From: the human T2T-CHM13v2.0 reference genome, Homo sapiens
DNA length: 64,000 bases
Assembly: GCF_009914755.1 (NCBI RefSeq)
Contig: NC_060927.1
Strand: one strand, 5' to 3'
Part shown: one piece after another, positions 25,640 to 38,280 of the stretch
Layout: each line of letters opens with the position of its first letter
How positions within the stretch are numbered: position 1 is the stretch's first letter
The notes under the pieces: model-generated
Told to the model about the DNA's origin: nothing
The model's database searches: none
Seen by the model: only the letters and a program-made list of their open reading frames with translations
Translations under genes and position numbers: made by a program

Positions 25640-26100
25640 CCCAGTGCTTTGCATTTTTTTCCCCTCAGTTATGCCATCATTCATTCATGTCTTCCAAATC
25701 TACAATCATTTAGGCCTGCAACCTGGACAGTAGATTAAAGTCCTCACTTCCCCATTTAGGTACACCAATATTCACTAAACCTTTCAGAGTCTACTCCCTT
25801 AACACATTATAACCTGACCCTCTCCAGCCCAGTTGGCATTACTTTGGTGAGCTGTTGTTCACAAAGAGTATTATAATTGTTTCTAACTACAGATTTTTAA
25901 TCAAAGTAGCCTCCCAAAACAACACTTCTGATCACCCCTGTGAGAACACCTACCACCCTGAAATTGTCTGCTTATTCATCTGCATTACCAACTAAATACC
26001 AAACTTCTTGCACGCAGGAAACCTCTTTTGTTCAAAGTGAGTAGCTCGGTGCCTGGCATGCAGTAGGCTATCAAAAAGCACATGTTGCAAAAATGAGTGC
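25640..26100 (+). mobile_element. L2 3' fragments
   Basis: 'gtgcctggcatgcagtaggctatcaaaaagcacatgttg' is an L2 tail. Confidence 0.55.
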
Positions 26101-26447
26101 ATCATTACATTCCATTACAACTCTGTCTGCTTAGGTTGAAACTGTATCCTAAGAAATGCTCCAAATATGGATTGTAGGCCACACCAATATAGCTCTGAGG
26201 TTGGGTCAAGGGGTTAGGAATTCCTCAGGGGGTTTAGGAATCCTGTTCCACTAGCTTCTGTGGGAGACATACAGGCCAGCAAAAGTAGGGAAAGAGACAG
26301 GCCCAGAGACAGGATGGGACCAGGAGAAACAATGTGAGATCATCTCTCTTCTCTAGGGCATGATTGTCAGGTCAGTTCAATGTTGATTGCAACCTCATCC
26401 TTGTGTTCAGGGGCAACACAGTCCATGCAGAAAAACCTATCTACAGC

Positions 26448-26861
26448 TATGATGGGTATTGTCACGCACCACCCAGATCTCCTTCAGTAAGATATAACTG
26501 ATTTCCCAGCTACTGAGAGGGTGGCTGACTCTGATGCATATTCCTTTGGCTGAAGAGAGCCTCCTTACCCAAAGTCATTCCCCTTCCCAAGCAACCCACG
26601 TCCAGTGATTGGTTCATGCCAAGGTATAAAGGCCCAGCCCCGTCACCCAACTTGGAACAACTCTGAAGGGCTACCAAGTTTCACTGCTCTTTAAATGTTA
26701 GCAGAGACATTTACTGAGACTCCATCACAGTCCAACTTCTCCCTCTATCCACACTCCACACCTGCTTCCTTCCCATTCCTACCACAGACAGCTATCTGAG
26801 TAAACCTCCTGCTTACTACACTGTCTCAGAATCTGCTTTCTAGAGCGCCTAACCTGTAACA
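26448..26861 (+). mobile_element. LTR16 (LTR16C-like) ERVL solo LTR
   Basis: 'cacccagatc', 'ggctgaagagagc', 'ggtataaaggcccagcccc', 'gaacaactctgaaggg', 'tctcagaatctgctt...aacctgtaaca'. Confidence 0.8.
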
Positions 26862-26899
26862 GCCTGAGATAAAGCATATAGAATGGAATTTTAAGACAG

Positions 26900-27185
26900 C
26901 ACACATCATAACCCAAAGGTTGGTCCCTAGAACTGTTTTGTGTGGAATTCATGGGGGTAAAACACTGTGAACTAGTTGCCAACATTAAAAAATAATTTTC
27001 AAAAAGCCAAAGCTCTGGCAAGAATGGGCTGGTATTTGCTCATGGCACTGAACAGCTGTAGTTGAGGGATAGTGTTCCATCTTGATGGCTCTCACTGGCT
27101 ACACTGTGTGACAGTCCCTACTGGCACCCTTCATTTATTTCCTTACCTGCCCAACCCTGAGGGCATTTGAGCTGATGGTTCATGA
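26900..27185. mobile_element. Charlie4-like hAT DNA transposon fragment
   Basis: 'gaactagttgccaacattaaaaa', 'ctctggcaagaatgggc', 'ttacctgcccaaccctgagggcatttgag'. Confidence 0.6.
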
Positions 27186-29213
27186 CTGATGCCAGGATTC
27201 CCATCCCTAACCTCAAGGCAGGCTACTTCCTTGATTAGCCTACTGCTTCCCTCAACAATTTATATCTCTCATCTGACTTTTCCCACAAAATGTACTCTCT
27301 GTGGGCTGGTTCTGTGTAGTAGTAATCTTGGTAGCTCTACCCTAGCAGATGCTCTAGGTTGGTGGACATAGCAGCTGTTCTAATCATGCTTGCTAAGTGA
27401 ATAAAATTTTAATAGAAAACTCCCATCTCTACTTTGTGATAACTGAGTAGTATCTATTCTTCTGCAATATTCTGAAGGAGACTGTGTGACTATTTGGATG
27501 TTTGAAGATGTTTTCCTGACGCACAGAAAGAAGCTGATCTCTCCTTCGCAGAAAGCATAGCCAGCAGTGTGTTTTCAAGGTGTAGGGATGAATACAGATT
27601 TTTGGAGTGGTTGAAACCCCAGGGGTAGTAAGTAGCTCATATCATAGAATTCCTTTACTGACTGAAGTCCCCAAGAGCAAATCCCTGGAGAACTTAGCAA
27701 TGCAGAGCAGGTCTTGGCTGTGCTGCCGGTGTGTAGGTAAATGGCTTAAGTAATTGCTGTCCTTGGGCAGTCAGTCAAAACGCAAGAGTTGAGACTATAA
27801 AAGGGCAAGTGCTCCCACAGAGTAAAAATTATAAACTATTGTTAGACAGAATAATATGTGACTGCTGACATTTCACCTTTTATTATTATAGCAACGCTTT
27901 AAGAAAGAAATGTAGTTAAGGTTGTCAGAATTTCATTTTAACCCCCTCCTTCAAGGCTGTTAAAAATTCACTCATGCTGAAACTTGCCTTTCAGGTTCTC
28001 AGCGAGATTTGTGCTTTGTTTTTAATCTGTTGTTCTCTAATGGAATGCAAAATGTAATTTGGGGGAAAGGGTTTTTCCAAGGATCTTTCTACAAACTGCT
28101 TCCTATCTCAATTCCCCCCCTTTTTTTTTGTCTGCCCCATTCTCTGCCAAAAGGTTAGCTGTAACAACAAAAACAACCCAAAAGATACACTCAACTGACA
28201 GAGGATTAAAGGCTTTTGGCAGTGCTTATAAAAATAGCTTCAGCAATAAGCAATACTCAACAAGCAGGAATCTGTTCAGTGGCAGTCACTAAAGGCAACC
28301 ACAGTCTTGAAGTGCCATAAATGTCCACAAGAGATGCAGTTGAATCAACAGGTATTTGTGGAGCACTCACTGAATAAAAGGTAGCCAATGACAGTATAAA
28401 AATGTCTTCGTAGGTGTGACAGAGGGGACAATCTGCTAGGAAGGAGGAACCAGAGATGTCTCAAGGCTATATTTGTATAGCAAACCCACTGCTTTAGACC
28501 ATGCGCTCTTGGTACTCAAAGCTCCCCATACCCCTACCCATAAGCCATCTCCCACTGATGACAACATGCCAGAGGAAGGGGGAAAAAGGCAATGATTCAT
28601 TGATCAGCTACTAGGTGCTAGGCAGAATGCTAGGCACTTTATAATTATAAGGTACTGTGAAGATATAAAGAGGCATGAGCCCTCTCCCAATCCCCACTCT
28701 CCAGCTGAAACACACTTTAGGTATATTCACCGGAGCATAAGTGGTTTTCGAACACTCCTATGCTTGCTTTGCTTATCTTAAACTAAAGCAGCTGTCCAGC
28801 TAGACTTACTATGTTGATCAGCACATGACATATCAGCATATATAATATTTACTTTTGTAGACATCCCGCCAGCTCTTTGATAAATGTGTTAGGTCTTGCA
28901 TGTGCCATCATTCCCATTATAGTAATCCCACAACTTGGGAAAATGCTATAATTAGCCTTTTATTATTATAAGCATTTCTGTAACACTTTCCATTTAAAGA
29001 TGGCTTAACAACCAACTCTACTCTGTATGTCTCACAAGGAATCAGATAAGTCAACACTTGGTAGCTTTGCTTTATGGCCTTGAATCCTCAGGTTCAAGGT
29101 TCAAAGAAATCAAGAGTTATTGTAGTCAGCTCAGACTTAAGACCAACACAGCTGTTTTCTTTTTAGCCAGCCTCTCAGCCTGATGCCCAGCTGCTTCCCA
29201 ATCTTTACTTTGT

Positions 29214-29244
29214 AAAAAAAAAAAATATATATATATATATATAT
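29214..29244. repeat. (A)n(TA)n microsatellite
   Basis: A-run of about 12 followed by about 10 TA units. Confidence 0.9.
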
Positions 29245-30214
29245 AATATTATTTTTAAATTCTTGGAATTAAAAACTCATAGGTAGAATATTGGCCCCAA
29301 TTCTCCATTTTTAGTATGAATAACTCACATCTTGGGCTTTTGCCAGGTATTGCTGGGATGATTTTGGCAGATCTAAGGCAGCCCTGCAGACAATTTCCCT
29401 CAGCTGGTGAAAAAGCAAAGCTGAATCTTTTCAGGGTCCATTTCTCCCAGCCTGCATCACAGGCAGAGTGCAGGTGCACTGTGCAGTCTGGCAGAAGGAG
29501 CAGTGGTGCCCTTGGGACAGGTGAGCAGGGGAAGCAGGTTGGTCTTGGGAAACTTCTTTGGAGAGCAATATGGCTGCTCAGGGATGTGCATCATGGCCAC
29601 AAGAAGGTAAGACCCAGGTGGTTCTGGTTTCTCAGTATGGAACATTTAGCCACTGTTTTAGAACATGGGTGGTAAAATATGGTCAAAAGCATAAAAGAAT
29701 AATTATAATTCAGCTACAGAAAAGGTCTTGTGGAGAGTTGTCTCTTTCTCCTTAGAGTCAGCTTGTTTTATCTACCAGTCTTGAATCATGCTGTCATCCC
29801 ACATTTGTGGCAATGAAAACGTTTACTCTCCTACATCATCATCTCATAATCTTTATGATACTTGCTATTAAATCTGGAGACAGTTATTCCTTGTTAAACT
29901 TAGTTTTGAAACTAGAATCTTCATGGCTCCATAGTATATGTGTAATGATTGTTCAAAATATTTTATTTTTAAACAATGGTAAATGTTGCTAATAATATTT
30001 CTGCCAGTACCAAGAAAGACACTTATCTCAGTTTAGAATATATGTATAAACAGGGCATTCATTTCCATTTAAATTCCAAACCTAATTAATTTCTATTATT
30101 CTGTTTACTCCTCTTTAAGCTTATTGGGTCAGCTGGTCCGTCCTCCATTTTCAAAATCGAATACTTCCTCTGTCCTCTCCTTTTCCCCCAAATACAACTG
30201 CCCCATCATTGTCA

Positions 30215-30435
30215 TCATCATCACCATTATTGCTTGAGCACTTTCCATGTGCCAGAAACTGTCCTCAGAATTCTACATGTACTAACTGACTTACTCTTCG
30301 TAGCGGTAATGGGAATTATTATGGTTCACATCTTAGAGATGTGGATCCTGGCACACAGAGAGGCTACATAATTCGCACAGGGCAGCCATGCTGAAATTGG
30401 CATGCTCACAATCTGGCTCCAAAGCAACGCTCCTT
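30215..30435 (-). mobile_element. MIR SINE
   Basis: 'gcttgagcactttccatgtgccagaaactgtcc...ggcacacagagaggctacataatt'. Confidence 0.75.
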
Positions 30436-30479
30436 TCTTCTGTGTTCTACTGCCCTCATGGTGGCGACCCCGCTGAGAA

Positions 30480-30580
30480 TTTTGCCATTTCCAAAGCACT
30501 TTTATGTGCATCTTTTTATTGAATCTTACAACTACACATAAGGTTTTGTTTAAACTGGAAACCACCATTATATTACTTCC
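30480..30580 (-). mobile_element. MIR fragment
   Basis: 'ttccaaagcacttttatgtgcatc...tgaatcttacaac'. Confidence 0.55.
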
Positions 30581-30681
30581 AAGTCTGGGGAAAATATTTA
30601 ACATTTTATTATGGTTTAATTTACTGAGGGTTTGGCTATTTTTTTCCCAGATGAAAATTCTAGGTTTTATCGAGAATTCTG

Positions 30682-30946
30682 TTTTTCTATTGATGTTGAT
30701 ACATATTTTTGGGGTATATGTGATATTTTGATACCTGTAGACAATGTGTAATAATCAAGTTGGGGTAATTGAGATATCCATCACCTCAAAGGTTTATATT
30801 TTCTTTGTGATGGGTACATTACAACTCTTCTACCTATTTAAAAATATACAATAAGCTATTGTTAACTATAATTTCCCTGCTATTCTATCAAACACTAGGA
30901 CTTATTCCTTCTATATAACTGTATTTTTGCACCCCTTAACCAACTT
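30682..30946 (-). mobile_element. L1MA 3' terminus
   Basis: 'tttggggtatatgtgatattttgatac...ggtaattgagatatccatcacctcaaa...cttattccttctatataactgtatttttgcacccc'. Confidence 0.85.
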
Positions 30947-32389
30947 AAGTAAAACTATGGACTTCACCTAAAAAATTTAAAGTTATATTCAACTGTAAGT
31001 CATCCTCAAATTACTCTTCATGGATTCTTTTCTCCCATGATAAAGCCAAGTCCTACACTTCTCAAGGGGATGTGTTGACCTCAGCAGAAACGGGGAGTGT
31101 ATTTAAATGTCTTAGGCTATAACTGACTGCATTTCAAAATCAAGTATTTTAGTCTTTACATAGTTATAGTTATATGAGTAACATTTGTACTTATATGTTT
31201 AGATTTATATATACCAGGCCAAATTCCTGAAAGGATTTTCATAGATTTAGAACATATACTGCTTGGAATTTATATGTACCTCTATTCTCCTCTTTTGATA
31301 TGGGGAATAAGTACTTTATTCTACTTTTTATTATCTCTATTTATACCCAGAAAGTTTTTTAAAAGGACATATATAATAATGTGACCTAATAAAAATAAAT
31401 GCTATTGAATTAATTTCCCTTTTTCATGCTTACTTGTTTGTAGTTTTCAAATGTGTTGTTCCCGATTTTTGACACATCATCAAGCAGACTTCTGAGTTTT
31501 TTTCTGTGGAAAACAACTGGACTTAGTTCCATACAAATACAAATAACACAGATGTCACTAATTGAATCTATACATTGTCCTTGGAAGGAAGTCCTTCCCT
31601 GCCTTGCTTGTTATTTTACATCATAATCTGCAGAACATTTCAGGGAGGCCCATGAAAGAGAAGATCAGTTATTTTTATATCATGGCAATGGAAGTCCTTA
31701 AGACGACTGAATACCCACTATCACTCAAAGAACCATGCCAGATCCCATCACTCCTTGCAGTAACTTCTGCTGAACAGAGTTTTACACACTTGTCTTGCTC
31801 AAAGCCTTTTTCCAGTCACATAAATACTCCTGCTGAACAATTAACCTTTCACAGAAAAGTAGCTGAGGGGAGTTTGGGCTTAGGTTCAGCTTCTTGGCCC
31901 ATAAATATCTGCATAAACAAGTTCTAGGGGCACCTGGGAGAGGTCAGTGCACAGACCAAGGTCACAATACATTCCATTGCTTAACCTAACCAAATGACAT
32001 AGACCAAGAAAGCGTTTCCAAAAACAGGCAGCTACATTTCATCCTTGCATATTCACAGTAAAGAAAATAAATACCTGCTGTTTTAAACAGCTGGGTACTT
32101 CACTGAAATGCTGACGTATCAGCAAAGTCATGGACAGTAGCAGTGTTTTACTTAAGGTGGCAGGAAGACCCCAAAAGGTGAGGTCCTATCCTCTGCCAAA
32201 GAATGAAGACTTTACAACCACTTAAGGAACAGAATAATGTAGGAGATGGATCTGATGTGTCCAGTGGTAAATCCAATGTCCATTTTTGCTAATGGCCTTT
32301 TAAAATCTTTGAATTCAAGACTGAAAAAATGAGGTTTGAAACTGGGGGTCCACCATATCTCCTTTGGTATTGAAAGGGAGGGAGGAATA

Positions 32390-32600
32390 AAATATATTGA
32401 GCTCCCAACTTGGTCCAGGAATTTTACATTTGTTTTTCTCAGTTAATCCCACAATGATCTTCAATAGATATTTTTATTTCTATATCATAGAAAGGGAAGA
32501 TAAGGCTCAAAGAAGTTAAACAATTCACTGAAAATAATCGAGGTTGTGTGGTGGGGCCAGGATTTGAACTCAGATCTATAAAATTCTGTGCCTATTTTCC
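32390..32600 (-). mobile_element. MIR SINE
   Basis: 'aaggctcaaagaagttaaacaattcac...gccaggatttgaactcagatct'. Confidence 0.7.
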
Positions 32601-32829
32601 TTGCTTGTTTCTTGAGGTAAAAGAGTATTTGCCCAGAGCCTTTATGGGATGTGAGAGAAGTTTCAACATAGTCTCTTAGAGTATATATTAATGTGCCCCT
32701 CTTAAGCCAGGAGTGCAGAAGGACATTAGAGAAGTACAGAGGCCATTTGTGAAAGACAAATCTACCTGAGTGAGAGCCAGTACTTTTAGAGCTAAAGAGA
32801 GGAAAGAACTTGACTTATTCCTTGACTTG

Positions 32830-32849
32830 GGCTCTCCATCTGGTGGCCT
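32830..32849 (-). promoter_or_regulatory. Candidate CTCF motif (also contains E-box CAGATG)
   Basis: Reverse strand GGCCACCAGATGGAG; 12/13 match to the core CCASYAGRKGGCR. Confidence 0.35.
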
Positions 32850-33486
32850 GGCTGATGAGGGTTTCCCTACTTCCTGGGGAACTGTTTCTAATCCTACCTG
32901 CCACCTCCCTACAGCAGCACAGAACATTGGGTATGGATCATACATCTCTACTTTGGACTTTTTGGAGGGATGCTTCGTCTGCTTTTAAGCAGTTTCAGAG
33001 AAGAAAATGTCATAACCTTCCTAGAAGTAACTTCTGACTCAAAAATTTCAGGAAGGGTCTTTCCTCACTCAAACAGGCAGGAGCAGAAAGCAATGAAACA
33101 TCATCAAATAGCACCACAGCATTCAGCAAGGCACTTCCTGACTCACAGGTCACACACTGTAGTTTAAATGTATTTGTGTGGATTCGTGCAATAAAGGAAG
33201 AACAATTCCTTTGAAAACCTTTAATGCCTGATATCACGCTTCACTTAATTCCTAAGTGTCCCCCTGCAAGCAGAGAAACCTCAGCTTACTAAATAGAGAC
33301 TATGTAAATGTGTTTGTTGGTAGCTCCAAGTGTGTGTTTAGACTTTATACCAGTGTATAGACACTCTGGCAGAGAGCAGAAGGAAGCTGGAACTCTCTGG
33401 AAATTTATTATTGGCATAGATGCCTCATGAGCCATGCCCCATGAAGTTTGTCACATTGATGAGGAGGCTATTTTAAAAACTCACTC

Positions 33487-34580
33487 TAGAATATCCACAT
33501 GCAGAAGAATGAAGCTGGAACCCTTCCTCATGTCATATGGAAAAATTAACTCAAAATGGATTATAAACCTAAATGTAAGGGCTAAAACTATAAAACTCCT
33601 AGAAGAAAATACAGGAGAAAAATTTCATGACCTTGGGTTATGCAAAGCTTTTTTTAGATATGACACCAGAAGCACAAGCAACAAAGAAAATATAAAATTT
33701 GACTTCTTCAAAATTAAAACTTTTGTGCTTCAGTGAAGGCCTTCAAGAAAGTGAAAAGACAACCCACAGAAGAGAAGAATATATTTGAAAATCATATATC
33801 TTATAAGAAATCTGTATCTAAAATACGTAAAGGACTATTATAACTCAATAATGATAAAACGAATAATCCAATTGGAAAATAGGCAAAGGATCTAAATTAG
33901 AAGTTTCTCCAAAGATGATAAACAAGTGGGCAAAAAGCACATAAAAAGACGTTCAACTTGATTTGCAGTACACGCAAATCAAAACTACAGCGATATACCA
34001 TTTCACACCCACTAGAATGGCTATCATCAAAACAAGATAAAAACAAGTGTTGGCAAGGATGTAGAGAAATTGGAACCCTTATATGCTGGTGAAGGGAATG
34101 CAAATGGCGCAACCACTTTGGAAAACAGTCTGGCAGTTTCTCCAATAGTTAAACATAAAGCTACCATATGATCCAGCAATTATACTCCTAGATATATATC
34201 CAAGATAAATGAAAATGTATGCCCACAAAAAAACTTGTACATGAATGTTTATAGCAGTATTATTCATAATAGCCAAAAAGTTAGAGCAACTCAAATATCC
34301 ACCAACTGGTGAATGGGTAAACAAAATGTAGAATTATATGGTTCCGTTTATATGGAATATCCAGAATGGGCAACTGTATACAGACAGAAAGTAGATAAGT
34401 AGTTGCCTAGAGGTAGAGTGGGAGAAATGGGGACTGACTGCTAGTGGATTTCTTTTTGAGGTGATGAAAATGTAAAATTGATTGTGGTGATGGTGACACA
34501 ATTCTGTGAATACACTAAAAACCATTGAATGTACACTTTTAATGAGTGAATAGTATGTTATGTGAATTGTATCTCCACAA
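33487..34580 (+). mobile_element. L1MB (L1MB7/8-like) ORF2 3' end and 3' UTR
   Basis: Decayed ORF2 peptide 'KINSKWIINLNVRAKTIKLLEENTGEK'; 3' UTR 'gaggtgatgaaaatgt...gtggtgatgg...gtgaatacactaaaaaccattgaa'. Confidence 0.9.
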
Positions 34581-34582
34581 GG

Positions 34583-34640
34583 CATATATATATATATAGG
34601 CATATATATATTTTTTCTATATATACACACACCCACATAC
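34583..34640. repeat. (TA)n/(CA)n simple repeat at the L1 tail
   Basis: Read directly. Confidence 0.8.
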
Positions 34641-34651
34641 CTCACTATAGA

Positions 34652-34820
34652 CCTTAGTTCTCAGCTACGGCTGCCCCTTAAAATCATCTGGGGCATTTCT
34701 CAAATCCCAATGCCTGGGCCATACCCTAGACCAGTTATATCAGAATCTCTGTGGGTAGAACCCAGACATTTTTTCTTTGTGCAGGTGATTACAACGTTTG
34801 GCCAACGGTGAAAACACTGA
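34652..34820. mobile_element. MER5 (hAT-Charlie) DNA transposon
   Basis: 'aatcatctgggg...aatgcctgggccataccctagaccag...tcagaatctctg...caggtgatt'. Confidence 0.8.
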
Positions 34821-36032
34821 GTTTCCTTTCAAGGGGTAAAATGCCACAGTATTCACTTCACTCTGTGGGTGTTTCTGCCTAGTGTTTCAATAGATGACAT
34901 CTTTGAAGTGAGGTGTTGCCTCCAACTCTTGCCAGTTTTCACTGTGATGCTAATTGTCACCTGCAGGGCCACTCTATAGTAGAGACCAACACTTGTGAGA
35001 AGACACTGCACCTCCTTTCCTGGAAAGAAACTATGCACCACTGGGTGAGCGCTCTAAACTAGGGCCTCCGATTTCCTCTGTTTTCACAAGTAACCTGTGT
35101 GTTTAGGCTTCCATGGCTCTTTCTTTGAAATCTTTGTAAAGCAGTGTTCAAAAAGGTGTTTTGAAATAAAATGCACAGAACCAAAGCATTTATTTAATTA
35201 CTTGAGGAGTTTCACTTTGGTTCTTTTCGTTTAAAATCCCAAAGTTTCACAACTATAAATTTAATGCTGGGAAAATGCAATGCATTGGATACAACGAAAG
35301 TGGAAGCTGTGTCTAGTGCTTTCCTGGCTATCAATACCGGATATAAAAATGTTGAATGACCAACTGCATTCTTTTAAAAAATTTACCAGTTCTTTTTTTG
35401 CTATTCTTAAGCACAATTGGAAATTCAAATACCAGTTTATGTGACTTAAGAAATGAAAACAGTATGCTCCCCAGTCTAAAAGTCAGGACCCAGGGAAACA
35501 ATTAGAACTCAGCATAGATATTATCATTTAAATTCAGTTTAGTGACATAAAAAGACAAAATATTTTAAAACATTCAGATGTTGTTAATATAATAAAAAGT
35601 CAGCTCTGATGAATTTTTAAACAAGTGGAATAAAACATTATGAACTGAGGGCAAAAAGAGCATCTTGGAAGATTACAAACACTGGGTTTGCAAGAGAAAA
35701 ATTTTGAAGATTAGTTTGAAATAGACACCCCAGAGGGGCCCATCAAAACAAATTATTGCCATTGATGTGATATGTAACTTGGCCATATAGTTGCTTAGAG
35801 ATTTGCTCCAAGTTTCTGAAACCAGACTCATAACATAAAACTCCATCATCCATCAGCACATACCTAAAAAACGTTTTTTCCGTCTTTTGCTCTTTCATCC
35901 TTTAGCACACAATATTGTGTAAGCCAAGAAGCCATATGTTCCTTGCAGTCACAGAGTAATTTTTATTAGCATTAACATAGACAATCAAGCTGGCCCCTGC
36001 ATGAATGCACATCTTAGCACCTTTAGCAAGTC

Positions 36033-36279
36033 TTTTTTTTTTTTTTTTTCTGAGATAGAGTGTCACACTGTCGCCCAGGCTGGAGTGCAGTGGTGCTATC
36101 TGCCTCCTGGGTTCAAGCGATTCTCCTGCCTCAGCCTCCCAAGTAGTTGAGATTACAGGCACCTGCCACCACACCTGGCTAATTTTTTTGTATTTTTAGT
36201 AGAGACGGGGTTTCACTATGTTGGTCAGGCTGGTTTCAAACTCCTGACCTTGTGATCCACCCACCTCGGCCTTCTCAAA
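36033..36279 (-). mobile_element. Alu, AluSg-like, lacking its 5' ~35 nt and with a short internal deletion
   Basis: 'aactcctgaccttgtgatccacccacctcggcc'; right arm lacks 'cggctcactgcaacctc'. Confidence 0.9.
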
Positions 36280-36666
36280 GAGGGAAGTGGAGCTCATCTG
36301 GTCAGAACAAACCAGCTGCTGAGGGAAACAGCCCACATAACACATAGAGAGAAATCCCTCTACTGGTGGCGTCAGACCGAAGAATTCTCTCTAGTTGTCA
36401 AGCTATTGTAATTGTAGCCTCTGCAAGAAAGTAAAAATATACAACAAAACAATAATTCAAAGCCAAAAGTATCTTCTATCTTATACTATAACTGCTTATG
36501 TATCAATGGACATAATGATGTTGAATAGACAGACTGAAAATACTTGGTAAATACCAGTAATTAACTCTCATTTTTTAAAAAAATGGATTGAGGTGGGGCA
36601 AAGAAGCATAGAAGAGGGAAAATGTGGGCAATCAGAAACCTAGGTCATTGAAAATGACCCCAAAAG

Positions 36667-37674
36667 ATCTAATTAAACTAAAGAACTGCTGCACAGCAAA
36701 AGAAAGTACCATCAGAGTGAACAGGCAACCTACAGAATGGGAGAAAACTTTTGCAATCTACTCATCTGACAAAGGGCTAATATCCAGAATCTACAAAGAA
36801 CTCAAACAAATTTACAAGAAAAAAACAACCCCATCAACAAGTGGGCGAAGGATATGAACAGACACTTTTCAAAAGAAGACACTTATGCAGCCAACAGACA
36901 CATGAAAAAATGCTCATCATCACTGGCCATCAAAGAAATGCAAATCAAAACCACAATGAGATACCATCTCACACCAGTTAGAATGGCGATCATTAAAAAG
37001 TCAGGAAACAACAGGTGCTGGAGAGGATGTGGAGAAAAAGGAAGACTTTTACACTGTTGGTGGGACTGTAAACTAGTTCAACCATTGTGGAAGTCAGTGT
37101 GGCGATTCCTCAGGGATCTAGAACTAGAAATACCATTTGACCCAGCCATCCCATTACTGGGTATATACCCAAAGGATTATAAATCATGCTGCTGTAAAGA
37201 CACATGCACACGTAAGTTTATTGCGGCACTATTCACAATAGCAAAGACTTGGAACCAACCCAAATGTCCAACAATGATAGACTGGATTAAGAAAATGTGG
37301 CACATATACACCATGGAATACTATGCAGCCATAAAAAATGATGAGTTCATGTCCTTTGTAGGGAGATGGATGAAACTGGATACCATCATTCTCAGCAAAC
37401 TATCGCAAGGACAAAAAACCAAACACCGTATGTTCTCACTCATAGGTGGGAATTGAACAATGAGAACACTTGGACACAGGAAGGGGAACATCACACACCG
37501 GGGCCTGTTGTGGGGTGGGGGGAGTGGGGAGGGATAGCATTAGGAGATATACCTCATGTAAATGACGAGTTAATGGGTGCAGCACACCAACATGGCACAT
37601 GTATACATATATAACAAACCTGCACGTTGTGCACATGTACCCTAGAACATAAAGTATAATTAAAAAAAAAAAAA
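36667..37674 (+). mobile_element. L1PA (L1PA4-like), 5'-truncated, about 1 kb
   Basis: Near-consensus ORF2 3' end, 3' UTR and poly-A; perfect 17-bp TSD gaaaatgaccccaaaag at 36650-36666 and 37675-37691, preceded by TT. Confidence 0.97.
36854..37456 (+). pseudogene. L1 ORF2p C-terminal remnant (200-aa open frame with the cysteine-rich domain)
   Basis: '[25 protein letters not shown]' and terminal 'MFSLIGGN*'; no endonuclease or RT domain and no promoter. Confidence 0.9.
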
Positions 37675-37837
37675 GAAAATGACCCCAAAAGTCCACATAT
37701 ATAATTGTGTCAAAATTATGCCTCCCTCAGTCTACCTGAAGGGCATAATGGTGACAAAAGTGACCAATTTGAGGTTATAATTCCTTTTTTCTTTTCAACC
37801 AACAGATGAACTGGGAAAAAATGTATTACCAAAAGGC

Positions 37838-38010
37838 AGCACTAGCTATATGATTTATCTGGCCCAGAGCAAAATGAAAATTCAGGGCCCTGTTTAGGAA
37901 TAATGAGAATTGTAAGATGGTGACAGCACTGCATTAAACCAAGTACAGAGCCCCTCTGAGCTTGAGGCCCTGTGTGACTGTGCAGGTTGCAGTCCTTGAA
38001 GCTGGCCCTG
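37838..38010 (-). mobile_element. MER45A (hAT-Tip100)
   Basis: Reverse strand 'cagggccagcttcaagg...gcacagtcacacagggcc...ttggtttaatgc...ttttcattttgc'. Confidence 0.85.
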
Positions 38011-38147
38011 TCAAAAGGTAACAAATAAGGAAGGCACGGGTCTGTGTAACCCTCATACGATCTTCTAGCTAGTTTAGCTTCTCTTGGAAAAATTTACATA
38101 TTTACAGACTCTTCTGGCTGAAAAACAGCTTAAGAATGACCTATGTC

Positions 38148-38280
38148 ACTTTCTCATTTATAGAAACAAACACCCAGAGAAATTAAATGACTTGTCTAAG
38201 GTCACGCATTGAATACAGAGCCAGAACCATATCCCAGGTGTGCTGACTCTACACTGACATTCTTTTCCTTATACCACATT
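38148..38280 (-). mobile_element. MIR fragment
   Basis: 'cccagagaaattaaatgacttgtctaaggtcac...cagagccagaa'. Confidence 0.75.

Noticed and set aside
30452-30472. CTCF site (cctcatggtggcg)
   Set aside because: Three mismatches in the 13-bp core.
33434-34645. Cluster of 80-100 aa ORFs
   Set aside because: Sense and antisense frames of a decayed L1MB.
36854-37456. 200-aa ORF, the longest in the track, as a gene
   Set aside because: It is the C-terminus of L1 ORF2p inside a 5'-truncated L1PA with a TSD and no promoter.
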